From Antedon mediterranea (Eukaryota > Animalia > Echinodermata), in contig NC_092675.1 of the NCBI RefSeq assembly GCF_964355755.1, forward strand, positions 17,952,912 through 18,016,911: a stretch of 64,000 nt of DNA, written 5' to 3'. Positions 30,605 to 45,600 of this stretch are shown here, in pieces. The notes below the pieces were generated by a model. The model saw only the letters and a program-made list of their open reading frames with translations, was not told where the DNA came from and made no database searches. A program made the position numbers and the translations under genes. How positions within the stretch are numbered: position 1 is the first letter of the stretch; the number at the start of each line of letters is the position of its first letter.

Positions 30605-33600
30605 TCAAATCCGGCCAAATCCATGAGCATACTCCAAGGCAATCATCAACTTCTGCCTCAACTTTTCTTTGCTTTCATAAATTGGTAAATTAAAGTAATT
30701 ATAACATGTTTGAGCAGATGGTAAGAAGTCTGTACTTCCAAATACTGATTGGAATATCACCTTCAACTGAGCCATTCCTTGCACTGGGATCCGATCACTA
30801 CCTGTCAAGAATTCTGAAAGTATATATAATAAAGATAAAAATAAATACAATACAATTGATACAACTGATATAATTAATATTATCATAGGTAAATTCACTA
30901 GAAATCGTAACTTCAATAATAAGGCCAATAAATCTGTACTTGCCTAGGAATTTCTTCCTTTCTTCTTCTGTGAGTTCATGATGAAAAACTTCCCAAAAAT
31001 ACTTGATAGTTTTATGATCTTTGTTATAAATGCCTCTGTATTCCACCAACTGTAAAGAAAGAGTATAAGGCTAGCATTTTGTAAAATAAACAGAATTGTG
31101 GAAGCATTCAGTAGTATCAAAATAAAAAACCACATCTATTTTAAAGTTAATATACAGTCCAACTTCAGATCTTTCTGATTATACCACACATAGTTTTAAC
31201 AGAAGACTACAGAGAATTAATTACTGACAATTTATAACAATGTGTTTAATTAATTAATTAAAACAAAAGAGTAAGATGAAAACAAGTTGTATATTGGATC
31301 TCACAGCCTTAGCCTACAAGATACAGAGATCAAATGCCTGAATAATTAGTAAAACAACAATTTTGACTGTACATACACTTTCAAATTCTTCCCAATCATA
31401 GATTTCATTGCCAATAACCAATGACATAAGCTCTTCTGGATGAAACATCTGTAGTATTGGTCCTCCACAGACCTGATGGAACCCCTCTGCAAAAGCACTA
31501 TACTGCTCTTTTATCGACTCGTTAAACATGCAATTAATATACAGGTCTACAAACTCCTGCCTAAAATATAAATCAGACATCATTTGGTGAATTGAGAGAA
31601 TGTAAGGAACTCTTTAAAAAATATTCTACTGCAGTTACTGCAGTAACTACATTGTGTTTATTCTATTTTTGGGAAGCATGCACAGTATTACTGACTCAGA
31701 AACTTCTACATTGAAACAATTAAAGTCATACAGTATGTTTCAGTTTTAAAAAAGTAGTTACTGCAGTAAACTACAGTAGACTAATTTTGACATGATCTCT
31801 AAATTGGTATAATACAATATGTTAATTATATTGGTGCATTATCAGAATATTATGTTAAAATGTTTGGAATGTACATTTTCATAAAATAATTTAATTTAAT
31901 GATCATCTCGCATTTGTATCTTTCTTTTGTGATGTTATAGTCAGCAATGTAATTTCTTAGTATTTGTTGTTTTTCATATGGTGTTTTATGTTGCTATATT
32001 TCAAAAGCAAGGCAAATGTTATGCTATGTTTATATGTTTGACCAAATAAATTTAATTGAATGTTTTGATAAAGTACTAATTATTAAACGAACTTATTGTC
32101 AAAAGTGACATGAATGTCCTTTCCTCCTTCCTTTAGGTCAATGATATCTGTGTGAAACTCTGATGAAAACTGAAAAGGGTAGTCAAACACATCTTGAAGA
32201 TCGTAATCATCATAATCCAAGATATCTTTCAGGCCAGAAGCCATTGTTGGTTCCAATTGGCTCATGTCTGATAGAAACACAGGTCTGGAGAAAATAATAA
32301 CCATGTTTTAGACACTAATATAGGCAACAAACAACATTTTTAAAATGTTTACAAAAAGCTGAACATGCATAAGCGCCATTAAATATCATCGTTTAGTAGA
32401 ATTAATACTGAATGACACATGATACAAAATCAACCAATCAAATGGTAAAGATTATTATAAAATAAAATAGTATAATACATGATCACTTACTTATTGAGAA
32501 GTTTCTTGTAGAGTGCTAAAGGGAATGGAAGTTCCACAATAACTTGGTTGTAGATTGCTAATCCACACAGTATTCCAACCATTCGAAACATTGACTTATC
32601 TTCATACTGATAAAGAAAATACAAACAATTTATATTACTGTATTAGAAAGTACTAACCTTTTGTGTCTTTCTTTCTCTAAAAACACCATGTGCTATTATT
32701 ATTTGGCAGAGACATAGTTACCTGTATACATATTACTTTTTTAATGGCATTAAAGTAGTATTATTTACAATATTTTATGGTACATGTTACAACAAGATAC
32801 AGGTTTTATCATTGTGGAATATTAGTGTAGACATATTTTTATTAGTATTATCAGTATCTTAAGCTTTACCTGTGCATTGAACCAAATTCTTCCTGTTTTG
32901 CTTAATACCGTAAACATCCCAAATTTTGGATCAAGAATTTCTTTGAAAATCAGCAAGAAGAACTCCTAAAAAAAGTACAGGAATAACAGATATACTCTAT
33001 AGAATTACATTTTTATTTTTAAATGATTACACTACTATACTGTATTATAATATCACATCACATCTTCTAACATACAAACACTTACCAGGATGTAAGGCAT
33101 ATACATGTAGCCCAAGGTGGAGACTAATACTATATCGGTAAATGAATTCAGACACAGTCTAAAAAAGTATACCTGACAATTCATTCTTGTTTAAAAAACA
33201 GCAAAGACTAAAAATTAATTACTACCTTACAAGGACCACCATCATCAATTCCTGGTTCACCTTTAAATTGAACCTTCAATGGCTTCTTAAAATCTTCAAA
33301 TAAGCTGAATCTTCTTAGCTGTTCCAGAGCACTTCTAACAATCCTTTCTCTGTCAATTGTAATGTTCAAGGCTGGTATGCCCTGTAATTCAGGATGCATA
33401 TGTATGTTGAAAAATGGATTGAACTGCAGTGGAAACATTCGAAACCACATTTCTTTATTAATAGCTTCCTGCAATCAAGAATAAAATTGACAATAGTAAG
33501 TAATAGATCTTAAATGTATTCCTGTTTCATCGCCCAGATAACCAATTAAACATGACTGTAAACGTACTGTAAAATAACATTTCAGTAGATTTATCAACAT

Positions 33601-36600
33601 TCGGACAACTCAGTCTTATACTTTGGTATTATAAAGAAAGATGAAACACAGTAAGTAAAAAAAAAACAATATTTTTTTATGTTGTTATAAGTTGTACAAA
33701 AGGACATTTAAAAAAAAAACGTAATCAAGTGGATGAATTCAAAGTTCTTTTACCTGTTGTTGCGCCACATTGTTAATTATGATCATATTCATCTTCACAT
33801 TATTCTCCAGAATAAATGGATATTTTTCCCATAAATGCAGAGTCTATAATGATTAACAATAACAATTAAACTATACTTAAAAATTAGTTTGTTTTTTAAA
33901 TCCTGTATTACTTTTGTTAATGTTTTTATTATATTTTGTACATAATTTAATTTAAGTTTCCTTGTAAATTAGGCCTATTGTTAAATTATGTTTTTTTTCT
34001 TTAACTTTTATTTTACTTACTCTGGACACACCTTCATTCAAGAAGTGTGCCACTGTTTCAAAAGTGTAGCTTCCAAATAAATTATTTTGTTTATTATATT
34101 ATTACATTATCTGCTGCATGGTTAAACCTGTATGATTGTTAGATATGGGAGAGACTAAGCAAGTACACTACACCAGATTCACACATGTTCACAAATTCAC
34201 AAATGCATGTGCAGATACTGCTGTTAAAGTACATCGAGCTTGTAAAGATTACAGACTTTTTAAATGTAACATGGAAATGCTTTCACAAGTTCAAGATGGG
34301 CTAATTTTTTAATTTTTATTTTGCTTATTGCTACTAGACTACCAAATAAGGCTTTAATTGATAACTAACCAACCTGAAACATGCCTATATCTTTATCCAT
34401 ATGAATATAGAATGCTGCATAAGAAACTATATCATCCATTTCTTCATTTATCTATTAAATTGAAACAAAAAGAAAATGAGCCTTTTTTATTCTTTTTTTT
34501 TAGTTTTTATTACAATGTTACAGCACCCTTTCATCATTAATCCATGACGGAGGTAGTGTAACAGGGTAACCACCAACTTTATAAAGCACAAACAAGTGAA
34601 TTTGTTTCTCTCTGGCATGGATCACAGTTTATAATTTTAAAAAGAGGAAAACTGCCCTGCCATATTACTTTATTATTGACATCATCTCTTTCTAGTTATT
34701 CCATTCAATCAATCTATTGTTTTTACCTTAGAAAGTTTCTTGAGCATTTCAAAGGCAATTATTAACTGTGTTTGTTCAAACAAATCCATTTCCTTCATTA
34801 CTAAATGTACAATCACATTTTTGAAAATTGTTATAAGATGCTCAAAGTTTGGAGCGGAGTAATTTCCAATCCAGGTATCTACAAAAATCAACCAAAAATA
34901 CATTGTTAACATAATGTTATTCAGTGATGCACAGTGTGTAATTCCACTTCTGTCATTTTTTTAATTTTCAACATTTTTTAAAAGACCTCTGCAGTCAACA
35001 TTCACAAACACGATAGGCCTACTAACAAACTGGTTTTTTTTTTTCAGAAACATCAGTAGAAGAATACTGTAAATAATTCAACAGCATTAAAGATCTTATT
35101 TATTCACTCTAACATATTATTTAAACTAGTAAAGAGGCTAACACTAACAAATTGTACTGTAAAATAAATAATTAAAATCATTTAAAAAAAATTTTTTTTA
35201 ATGTCTATTAAAAAAATATATTTATAAAATACAAAATACATACCAATGACCTTTGACATTTTAGGTGAAAGATTGCACAATGCTTTAGCAACAGCCAAGA
35301 TAGATTGAAGGTAAGACTCTGGGTACTGCATTGTGGGACATTCCAATAGAAGCAGGTAGACACGAAGTGCTTCAACATCAAGTGGTGATGTCAAAAGTGT
35401 TGGGCACAGTTGACTGCTTATTGCATGATCAATCTAGTATAAAGTAATGATGGCAACACTTACCCTTGTTATAACACTCTGAGCGTGTTCTGTAACTACA
35501 CATTAACTCATTATTACTACTGTAACCGAATAGCTAAATCAACTATTAAAACAGTTGCAGCCAGAACATCAGAAATCATATCAGGACATACGTTCTGAAC
35601 TGCTTTATTCAGACACTGACCGAATTGACTATGAGTGGATGGTTAAGACATAGCGGGATAATTTTGAATTATAATTCTTTCAAATATTGATTGGCAAACA
35701 TATTCAATAAAATTGTTAATGCTTAACCCATTCAGGTAATAACATTCGTCCAAAATGAACCTTTTTTTTATATTTCAAATTTATAAATAAAAAGGGTAAG
35801 AAGAAACTAACCTTTCTTAAAATGTTTTGTTTTTCTGACACTGTTTTAAAGACATTCTTTGCTCTAGGAAGATCAAGTCCTGGGCTATCTTCACTACATA
35901 ACTGATCAGGACTACAGAAATGATAATAAAAGTTGTTACTTAATTATTTGCTTTTAGTTGTACATTTTACATTCAACAATTATGGTGGACATTATCACTG
36001 GATTTAAACTGGAAATATAAAGTTTACTATGCATACACTTTGAGCTGTTTTGAAGGCTTTTGGGCCAGATTTTGACAACTAACTACATAGCCTCACTACC
36101 CGCATAATCATGTGGTCCATTATAAATATGAAAAATGCCGGTAATATCAGTACTAAGGCCTTCACTACAAAGAAGTCAATGTAATAGTACAGGTTACAAA
36201 AATTGGATGTCTGAAAAAATAATTATTATATTTTTTGGTTTTCAACAAATCATATTCACCTTTTAAAAGCACTATTCAGACATTCTGCTGATGAAAATAA
36301 TTTGTGAATAGTTAGAATTACACTTTTCGGAATATCACTAGATCCTGGTAAGTCTTTGAACACTCCTTCTAGATAGTAGATCATTTCAGCCGGCTTTTTA
36401 CTTCTTGACTAGAAAATAAAAAAAATGCCATATTCTAAAAATTTGTGGGAAAACAGCCATTTTACAGAAGAATTCAGTTCTTATACTACCTACATGCGAG
36501 TGTAGGTACAGTAGTATCAATTATTTTCTTTCAATGAGTCATTGGTCAAATAACTTGTGTTAGCACTGACTAGAGATCCAGTCTGAAAAATGCCATTAAG

Positions 36601-39600
36601 AAAAAAATATATAGCAAGTTCATTGTGATTATTTAGCGTGAAATTAGGATGAAACTGTATTAGGAATTCATTTCCCATGATACCATATTAAATTATTTGA
36701 ACATTTATATACTTGAATAATCAATTACACTGTAACATTATAGCCCAACATTTTCCTCTTTATTAGCAGATTACCACTGAATAAATTTAAATGAAGAGGA
36801 TTATTACATTAATCAGTAGGATAAGCCTAAACAAGCCACTGGGCGTATTACTAACTCAATCAAATCAAACTAGGAACTGTGACTATCACCAGTGATTATC
36901 ACCAGTTTAAATGTAGAGTTAACCTTCTCTTTAGGTCACTCCTATTCAGAGGACACCCTAATAATGGTACACTCTGTTGGGTCCTGAAGGTGTCCTCTTA
37001 ATATGTAAGGAAATAATAATAATAGGTATTTCTACTGTAGTTGCCATGCACATACCAATGATCCATCTGTTACTAAATAGCAAGTATTGAGTCCACCACA
37101 ATAAACATTGCTGATGTTAACAGTATCAGGTGATCCAGTGGCATCAGTAATACAACTAGACAAAGAATCGTATACAAACATAGAGCGGTCATCATCATTG
37201 GACACAGCAGAGTGAGGATCATGCATTGATGTTGGACCAAATACATACAATTTATCCCCAGTCAATATTACAGAGTGCCGTCTGAAATAGTTTAAAAAAG
37301 AAATATTAGTTTAGAAATTTAGTTTAGATTAATTAAATTAGAAATTAAAACCCAGTGGAACACTGAAGTAAAGCATCCCGAAAAATAAAATTGAATTGGT
37401 GTGGAGCACTGTGAAAATGAAACATTTATTTGCCAGAGCCAAACCAGAGCCAGACCGGAGCAGGTGTGAAAGACCCTTCAAACAATAAACACAAGTTTAG
37501 TATGATTTATTGTTGCTGAATAAAATAAATAAATTCTTAATTTTACCTTGTACAAAGTATAGTTTTGTCCTCTTCTTTCTTTATCTCCGCTAATTTTTCA
37601 TTCCAAGTTTGATTTAAATCCTTGGCTAGTCTTAAAACTTCCCCATTCTAATTATTTAACATGAAAATAACAAGAATTATGTGTGTTCTAAAAGATCAAT
37701 ATGGTTAGTGTCATTTAAAATGTCCTCTCATGTTTTCAAAGGTGTTAAATTTAGCTATGTTCACACTGAACCCAGATTACAAACCAGTGACCAGACAAAC
37801 AATCTATTAAATCATATAATTCACTCAGACTATACCACATCAAATTCAGAAAAATTAAAACAAAACTGCATATTGTGTACCTTTGAAAGAAACATTGAAA
37901 AGTTGTGTCCACAAGAAATGCTGGTAATTTGTGTCAGGAAATCCAATTTATGTGGCACTGTGGAAGCTGAAACTAAGAAATAGAATTTGGTGATGATACA
38001 GAAGAACCTCTATAAAGGGTACATCTTCAAGACCCAAGTGGCTTAGCTTCTTTAATTAAGGGGTGTAATGTTAAAATGTTAAATAGTACAAGGCTAATGA
38101 TTGAAAATCTAAAAACACAGATTTGTTGTATTTAGTTGAACAAATTTTGAAATAAACAAGAGAAAATGAACTCTGTTGTACTTACTCAAATTGTATTCAT
38201 GGCGAAGTTCCTTGATTCATAAGAAAATGCAAACATGTAAATTGAATAAAAACATTAAATTTAATCTCAAATGAGAAAATAAATATTAAGCAAAAAGTAA
38301 AATCAATATATTAAAGTCAGAAACAAATGCCAAGCTAAAACATGAAACACTATTTGTAATGATAAAAGATAAAATATCAAAATTATCTGCATTTCTTTCA
38401 AAATAATATTTCAATTTTATTTGATCTTCCATCATTCCAATCATGTGCATGGTCAACAACTAACCAATCAGCATAGTCGCAAGATCCATAAAGCAAGTCA
38501 TGCCAGCAAGCAATATTTCAAATTGTGATTTAGTGAGCGATACCCATCGTTATGACTGAAAAGCGGTCCTACTAAACACCATGTGCCACACAATGCTACA
38601 CTTAATATTACCACACGCCCCTAAGTTGGGTGCTACTGAGCTTATACCCTAGAAGGAAATATTTAGAGGGTTAGCTTCAGTAATATTTAGGAGATTAGGT
38701 TGATGTTATATATGTTGATGGAATACTGTACTAACATGCATTAGTGCCTAGGATTAGTTATGTGTGATACTATAAAAAAAATGTGATAATGTTAGTCTGA
38801 GAGATGAATTGATTTAGTGCACATATTTCACCATCTGGCCTCTCTAAGATTTTTGTATGAGACATACTTTAGTACATCTGAACATCTGTGCATGTTGGAG
38901 GTTACACATTGTTGGAGGTTACGTTGCTGTGGAGGTTACACCATTGTTGGTGGTTACGTGCTGTGAAGGTTACACCATTGTTGGTGGTTACGTTGCTGTG
39001 GAGGTGGTTACGTGCATGTAAGGAGTTACGCCGTTGTTGGTGGTTACGCTACTATTGGAGGTTACGTCATTACTGGTGGTTACGCTGTTGTTTCAAGTCC
39101 GGCGTAATAGCAGAACTAATCTAATTAATTATTATAATCGGTTGTTACCAATAATTTGGAATCAAAGAGGAGGTCACTCCAGTAATTGTAATTGATTTGT
39201 TTGTTTCATTCGAGTGTACCGTGGTACCGCAGACCCCTCCCCCCAAAAGGGAACGAACCCGCGAGAGCGGATTTTCGATACAATACTGATTTTATTCATT
39301 TTGTATTTATTTTCATTTTTAGAATGCTAAATCATACATTAAATGAAAGCCAATGATAATGTTTATATTCATTGTAATGGAGGATTTTGTCATAAACCTA
39401 TCAGAAGTCATCATAAAGTTAGAAAATAATTATTTTTATTCATTTTTGGTTAAAAATTGCAAAAAAATGCTATCTCGTGAACTACTTGTCGTATAACGCT
39501 AAATCATACATTAAAATTAAAGCTAGTGACAATGTTTATATTCATTGTAATGAATAAAGTCACCCTATTTAGACAAATAATTAAACATTACTGTAGTCTG

Positions 39601-42600
39601 GTAGTACTAGTAGTAGTAGTACTTTGGAAATTGTTTGCCATCTTCAGTATGAGGTTTTCTAGTGACCTTGCACCGGTATCTAAATTCAGAGTGATGCAAT
39701 ATTTGTAATCATTAATACAGATGATGTAGTGTATTGACCACATACATCATACTGTAAATAGTTAGGCTGCCCTCTGTTGTTCATTAAAGAAATCTCTCTC
39801 TACAAAATGGATACCGAGCACGAGTCATATGTATGATACATCACAATTGGCGACGAGAATATAACGGAAAGCGCGTCAATAAGAAGATTAATCTGTGAGT
39901 AAGAATATTCAATAGTTAATATTCTACAATCTGCTAAGATGAGTACTATAATTGGTAGACTCGATCCGTATGACGGCGAGGCAGAGGACTGGGCCTCCTA
40001 TGTGGAAAGGTTAGAGGCATATTTCATGGCAAACGGCGTGGATGACGACAAGCGTGTACCTACGTTACTCAGCTTGATAGGGCCTAAGACTTACGGTCTT
40101 CTGAAGAACTTAGTAGCACCTGATTTACCATCAACCAAAACATTTCCGGAACTTGTGGATTCGTTGGAAAGGCATCTGAGTCCTAAACCTCTAGTTATAG
40201 CTGAAAGATTCAGGTTTCACAAACGTGAGCAGCATAAAGGTGAAACAATCCAGGCCTATTTAGCGGATTTACGACGCCTCACCAAACACTGTGAATTTGG
40301 AGCACAGCTAAATGACGCCCTGCGGGATCGTCTTGTTTGCGGAATTAGGTCAGGCAGTATACAAAAAAGACTGTTGGCTGAGGCAAAGCTTACATTAGCG
40401 AAAGCGCTACAAATGGCAGTTGCTATGGAAACTGCAACGAAGGATGCTTCGCTACTACAACAACAGTTTAAAGAAGAACCACAGAGTACTGTGAACAAGA
40501 TAAACGTGAAACACTATAATAAGCAGCAATTATGTTATCGCTGCAACAAGGGTGGTCATAAGGCAAACGACTGCCGGTACAAAGAAGTTGAGTGCCATAA
40601 CTGTAAAAAGAAGGGACATATCAAGGCTGCATGCCGGAGTAAATCAAAACAAACACCACACCAAACTAAGAAGGGTAAGCGAGTGAATGTTGTTGATGAA
40701 GAAGAAGACAACCTTCTAGCCATGGTGTATGTTAATAATGTAGACGTTGGGAAATCAGTGAAGATAAAACCAACGATAGATAATATCCCATTGGACATGA
40801 TAGTGGATACTGGCAGTGCACTCTCGTTGATTTCGACAGAAGATTTTGAGAAATATTTTAGGAATACAGACTTGTTGCCGACCAAAGTTCAACTTAGAAC
40901 TTATACTGGAGAAGAAGTAAAGACAAAAGGGTATTTGAAGGCCAAAGTAGAATACAACGGACAGAAACACGATGGAAAACTATATGTAGTAGAAAGAGGT
41001 GGACCCCCGTTGTTTGGTCGTCAGTGGTTGACACATATCAAGTTAGACTGGGCCAGCATCTTCACAGTGAAGGCTGACCACAACAAAGCTGATGTACCAG
41101 CAATACTGAATAAATTTCCAAAACTCTTTAACAAAATTGGAAAGGTGAATGGGGTAAAAGGTAAACTTACCTTACAGGATGGAGCACAACCAGTTTTTAT
41201 TAAGGCAAGGAATGTACCATATGCACTTCGACCTGCAGTTGAAGCCGAATTAAGGAACCTCGAGAGTCAGGGAATCATCACCCCGATTCAAACTAGTTAT
41301 TGGGCGACCCCAATAGTGCCTGTACCAAAAAGTAATGGAGATGTCAGGTTGTGTGGAGACTACAAAGTTACAGTAAATCCAAAGTTAAAAGTGGACTGCT
41401 ACCCTCTTCCAAGAATCGAGGATGTTTTTGCAACCTTAGCAGGTGGACAGAAGTTCACCAAACTAGATTTGAAACAAGCATATTTACATTTAGAGATGGA
41501 AGAAGAATCCAGAAACATGCTGACCATAAATACACACAAAGGGCTATTCCAGTTTAATCGACTAGCGTATGGCATTGCATCTGCTCCTGCCATTTGGCAG
41601 CGGACCATGGAACAAATCCTGAATGGTATTCCGGGAGTCCAGTGTCTACTTGACGACATGATTATTACTGGCACTACTCATGAAGAACATTTAAGGAATC
41701 TAGAAAAAGTATTAAAGGTTCTCAGTGATAGAGGACTGTGCCTCAATGACAAGAAGTGTGAATTCTTCAAAGAAAAGGTCGTTTTTTGTGGTCATGTGAT
41801 AGATAAAAATGGATTACATAAAACTGAGGAAAAGATTGAAGCTGTTAGAAATGCTCCCAAACCTACAACCGTAAGTGAACTCAGATCATTCTTGGGATTG
41901 ATCAACTATTACCATCGATTCCTGAAAGACTTAGCTACAGAAATTCATCCGTTGAATAAACTGTTAGAGAAAAAGGAAAAATGGACATGGACTAAGGATT
42001 GCGAGATGGCGTTTAATAAAGCCAAACAACTTGTGACTGCAGATAATGTGTTAACACATTATGACCCAACATTGCCTGTTAAGCTAGCTACAGATGCTTC
42101 TCCATATGGCTTAGGAGCCATATTGTCACACAACATTGATGGAGTCGAACGACCAATCGCCTATGCATCGAGGACCTTGAGCGCAGCGGAGAAGAATTAC
42201 TCTCACATTGATAAGGAAGCTCTTGGCATAGTATGGGGAGTAAAGAAATTTACCAGTTACTTGATTGGTCGAAAGTTCACCTTAGTTACAGACAATAAAC
42301 CACTTACGTACATCTTCAATACATCGAGGGCTATTCCTGCCACAGCAGCTGCAAGATTAACTCGCCAGGCAATTTACTTGTCAGGATTCAATTACGAGAT
42401 TGAATACAAGAAAGGTGAAAACCACAAAAATGTAGATGGACTTTCACGACTACCATTAGCAAATACTGAAGCTAATGCTGAGGATCCGGTTGAGGTGTTT
42501 CACACTATGCAGTTTTAACCACTTCCTGTAACAAGTGCCCAGGTCAAGATTGAGACATTACACAACCCAACAATGTCAAAGGTGTATGATTACACAATGA

Positions 42601-45600
42601 AGGGTTGGCCTAAGAGCTGTGATCCGGAATTTGAACCATTCCATAGACGACGTGATGAACTGTCAATTTTTGATGGATGTTTGCTATGGGGTACGCGAAT
42701 CATTGTTCCACCAAAATTCAGAGCAAGAGTACTTGACGAGTTACATGAAGGACATTTGGGCATTGTAAAAATGAAGTCCTTGGCAAGGAGCTATGTTTGG
42801 TGGCCGAGAGTGGATGCTGACATAGAGAAATTAGCAAAAACCTGTAGTGGATGCCAAAAGACACTGCATGAACCTCAGAAAGCACCCCTACATCCATGGC
42901 AGTGGCCGAGCAGTCCGTGGGAACGTATCCACATCGACTATGCGGGACCAATAAACAACATAATGTATCTGGTAGTTGTGGATGCACAATCCAAGTGGTC
43001 TGAGGTATTGCCTACGACCACAGCGACATCAAGCAAATCAATAACTCTGTTGCGTGATTTATTTGCGAGGTATGGACTACCAAAGCAGTTGGTATCGGAC
43101 AATGGTCCGCAATTTGTGTCAGAAGAATTTGAAATGTTTCTCAAGAATAATGGTATTAGACACATCAAATCAGCACCATACCACCCAGCAACCAATGGGT
43201 TAGCAGAACGTTTTGTGCAATCATTTAAAGGAGCACTCAAATCGGCAAAAGAAGGAAACGACACAAAACAAAAACTTGCAAACTTTCTATTAGCATATAG
43301 AAATGCCCAACACAACACAACTGGAATATCTCCAGCAATGATGTTTATTGGAAGACAACTACGCACCAGACTAGATTGCATTATACCTGACTTACGTCAA
43401 AAAGTTGAAAATAACCAGGAAAGCCAGAGAAAACCAACTAGCGAAAAGAAGCTTAGAGAATTCAAAGAAGGAGACAAAGTGTGTGTTCGTGACTATAGAT
43501 CAAAGAGTCAGAAGTGGATAGTTGGAATTATTCATAGGAAAACTGGAAAGTTGTCATATGAAGTCAAAGCTGGACCAGACATGATTTGGAAAAGACACAT
43601 TGATCAAATCCTAAGCAGTGGCTTAACACTAGATCTAGAGACACCTCCAGATATAGATCCTGTTGATTTAGAACCAGCTATCTCAGCAACACCAACACCA
43701 CCACCGGAAATACAACAACCAGTTGAGATTCCACAACAACCACCACCAAGGAGATACCCACAGAGGAACAGGAAACCACCTAACAGACTTGATTTATAAT
43801 GGACCTTTAGACATAACTCAATACAGTTAACAATAATCATAATGATAACAATATAAATAATGAGACTACGGACACTTGAGATTGAAACACTTTATTATCA
43901 GAACAGTTTTAAAAAAAAATAAATAAATCTTATAACGAGCAATATACCTTAAAGCTTAATGCTATTTAAAATGTTATTACCATTGAATCTAAAGGGGAAG
44001 AATTGTAGTGTATTGACCACATACATCATACTGTAAATAGTTAGGCTGCCCTCTGTTGTTCATTAAAGAAATCTCTCTCTACAAAATGGATACCGAGCAC
44101 GAGTCATATGTATGATACATCACAGATGACAACGGGTGTAACTTCGCTATAAACAAAATCCAAAACTTCAAAACTAGTGATATTAAATGGAACAAATTTC
44201 CCAATTGATGTTTAAAGCTTCCTTTGATTCAAGTAATGTAATTTAATTAGTAACTTGACCAGTACTTATTTAGTGAATTTGCACTGGTATTCAAATTTCT
44301 AATTACAGCAGACATTAGATTCAAGCGTATTAAAAAACTTAAAAAACTCAAAATACAAGCGTGATGAATGCTGCGACAATTGTTTGATTTTCCCAATATT
44401 GATGTGCAAAGGCCGAGGTAATGTGTATTTGCAAAGTTCAGAATTGAGCTGTCGACAAGATGTGGAACTGGACAACTTACTAATTAACTTACTTAAATCA
44501 AAATAATATTAAAAGTGATATTAAATGGAACAATTTTCCCAAAAGTTTGATTTAAGTAATTTAATTAGTAACTTGTCTAGTACAAAAGGCACCGCCCCGC
44601 ATCTCTTACAAATATTTAGCCCGTCACAAGTCTTCTCACATTTTAAACATTGATGACTTCTGATAGGTTTAATGACTTTATGACAAAAACTTCCATTACA
44701 ATGATTACAAACATTATCATTGGCTTTCATTTAATGTATGGTTTAGCATTCTACTGCAAGTATATTAGACCTTTGCTACACAAACGTGAAAAACGCATAT
44801 GTTTCAACCCAGTGGCCGTGCTTGGGAGATCATTTTTTAATCGTACTAAACCCGAAATACATTCCATTAGTTAAACGAGAGAAGCCAAGGACTATTAAAG
44901 TAAAGAAATGGACAGCGGAAGCAACGGAACGCCTACAAGATGCATTTGATGATACGGACTGGGAGATGTTTATTAATAACGCTAATGATCTGAATGAACT
45001 TACGGACACAGTGTCTGAATATATAAACTTTTGTAGTGATATGCTTATCCCAACTAAAAAGGTTAAAGTGTTTGCGAATAATAAACCGTGGATAACCAAA
45101 GATGTGAAAATTATTATTAACCGGAAACAGAAAGCATTTGCTGAAGGTAATAAAGCGAAACTAAAAGAGGTCCAAAAAGAATTAAAATGTGCAATACTTA
45201 AAGAAAAATACAAGTTTAAAAATAAGGTTGAAAAGAAGTTCACGGAAAATAACATGAAAGAGGTGTGGCAAGGAATGAGGTTAATGAGTGGACATATAAA
45301 TAATAAACAAAAATCTGTATCGCTACCAAAAATTGACAAAGAATATGCAAATGAATTAAATATATTTTTCAATCGTTTTAACAAATATGATTTTTCAAAA
45401 GAAATTAAGGAACGGAAGTGTCAGCTTGAATCAAATATAAATGACATAAAAATTGATACAAATGAGGGTGAAGTATATAAGTATTTTAGAAATTTGAATG
45501 CTAAGAAAGCTCCCGGGCCCGATAAACTTAAACCAAATATTTTAAAATCATGTGCAATGCAGTTATCGTATATTTTCTCAATTATTTTTAATTTGTGTTT

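Larger units (their letters stand above)
39725..44124 (+). mobile_element. Full-length Ty3/Gypsy LTR retrotransposon (Mag/SURL-like), 4400 bp
   Basis: Identical 121-bp TG..CA LTRs at 39725-39845 and 44004-44124; 5-bp TSD GATGA; PBS TGGCGACGAG at 39848-39857; polypurine tract AAAGGGGAAGAA at 43991-44002; domain order gag-PR-RT-RH-IN. Confidence 0.97.

Noticed and set aside
34021-34070. Candidate small HERC exon ending in AGA|GTAAGT
   Set aside because: No phase-compatible acceptor without a stop; the neighbouring exons join in phase 0 without it.
36490-36582. Candidate extra HERC exon (good acceptor, TGSLVSANTSYLTND...)
   Set aside because: Hits an in-frame TGA, has no clear counterpart in copy 2, and the flanking exons already join in phase.
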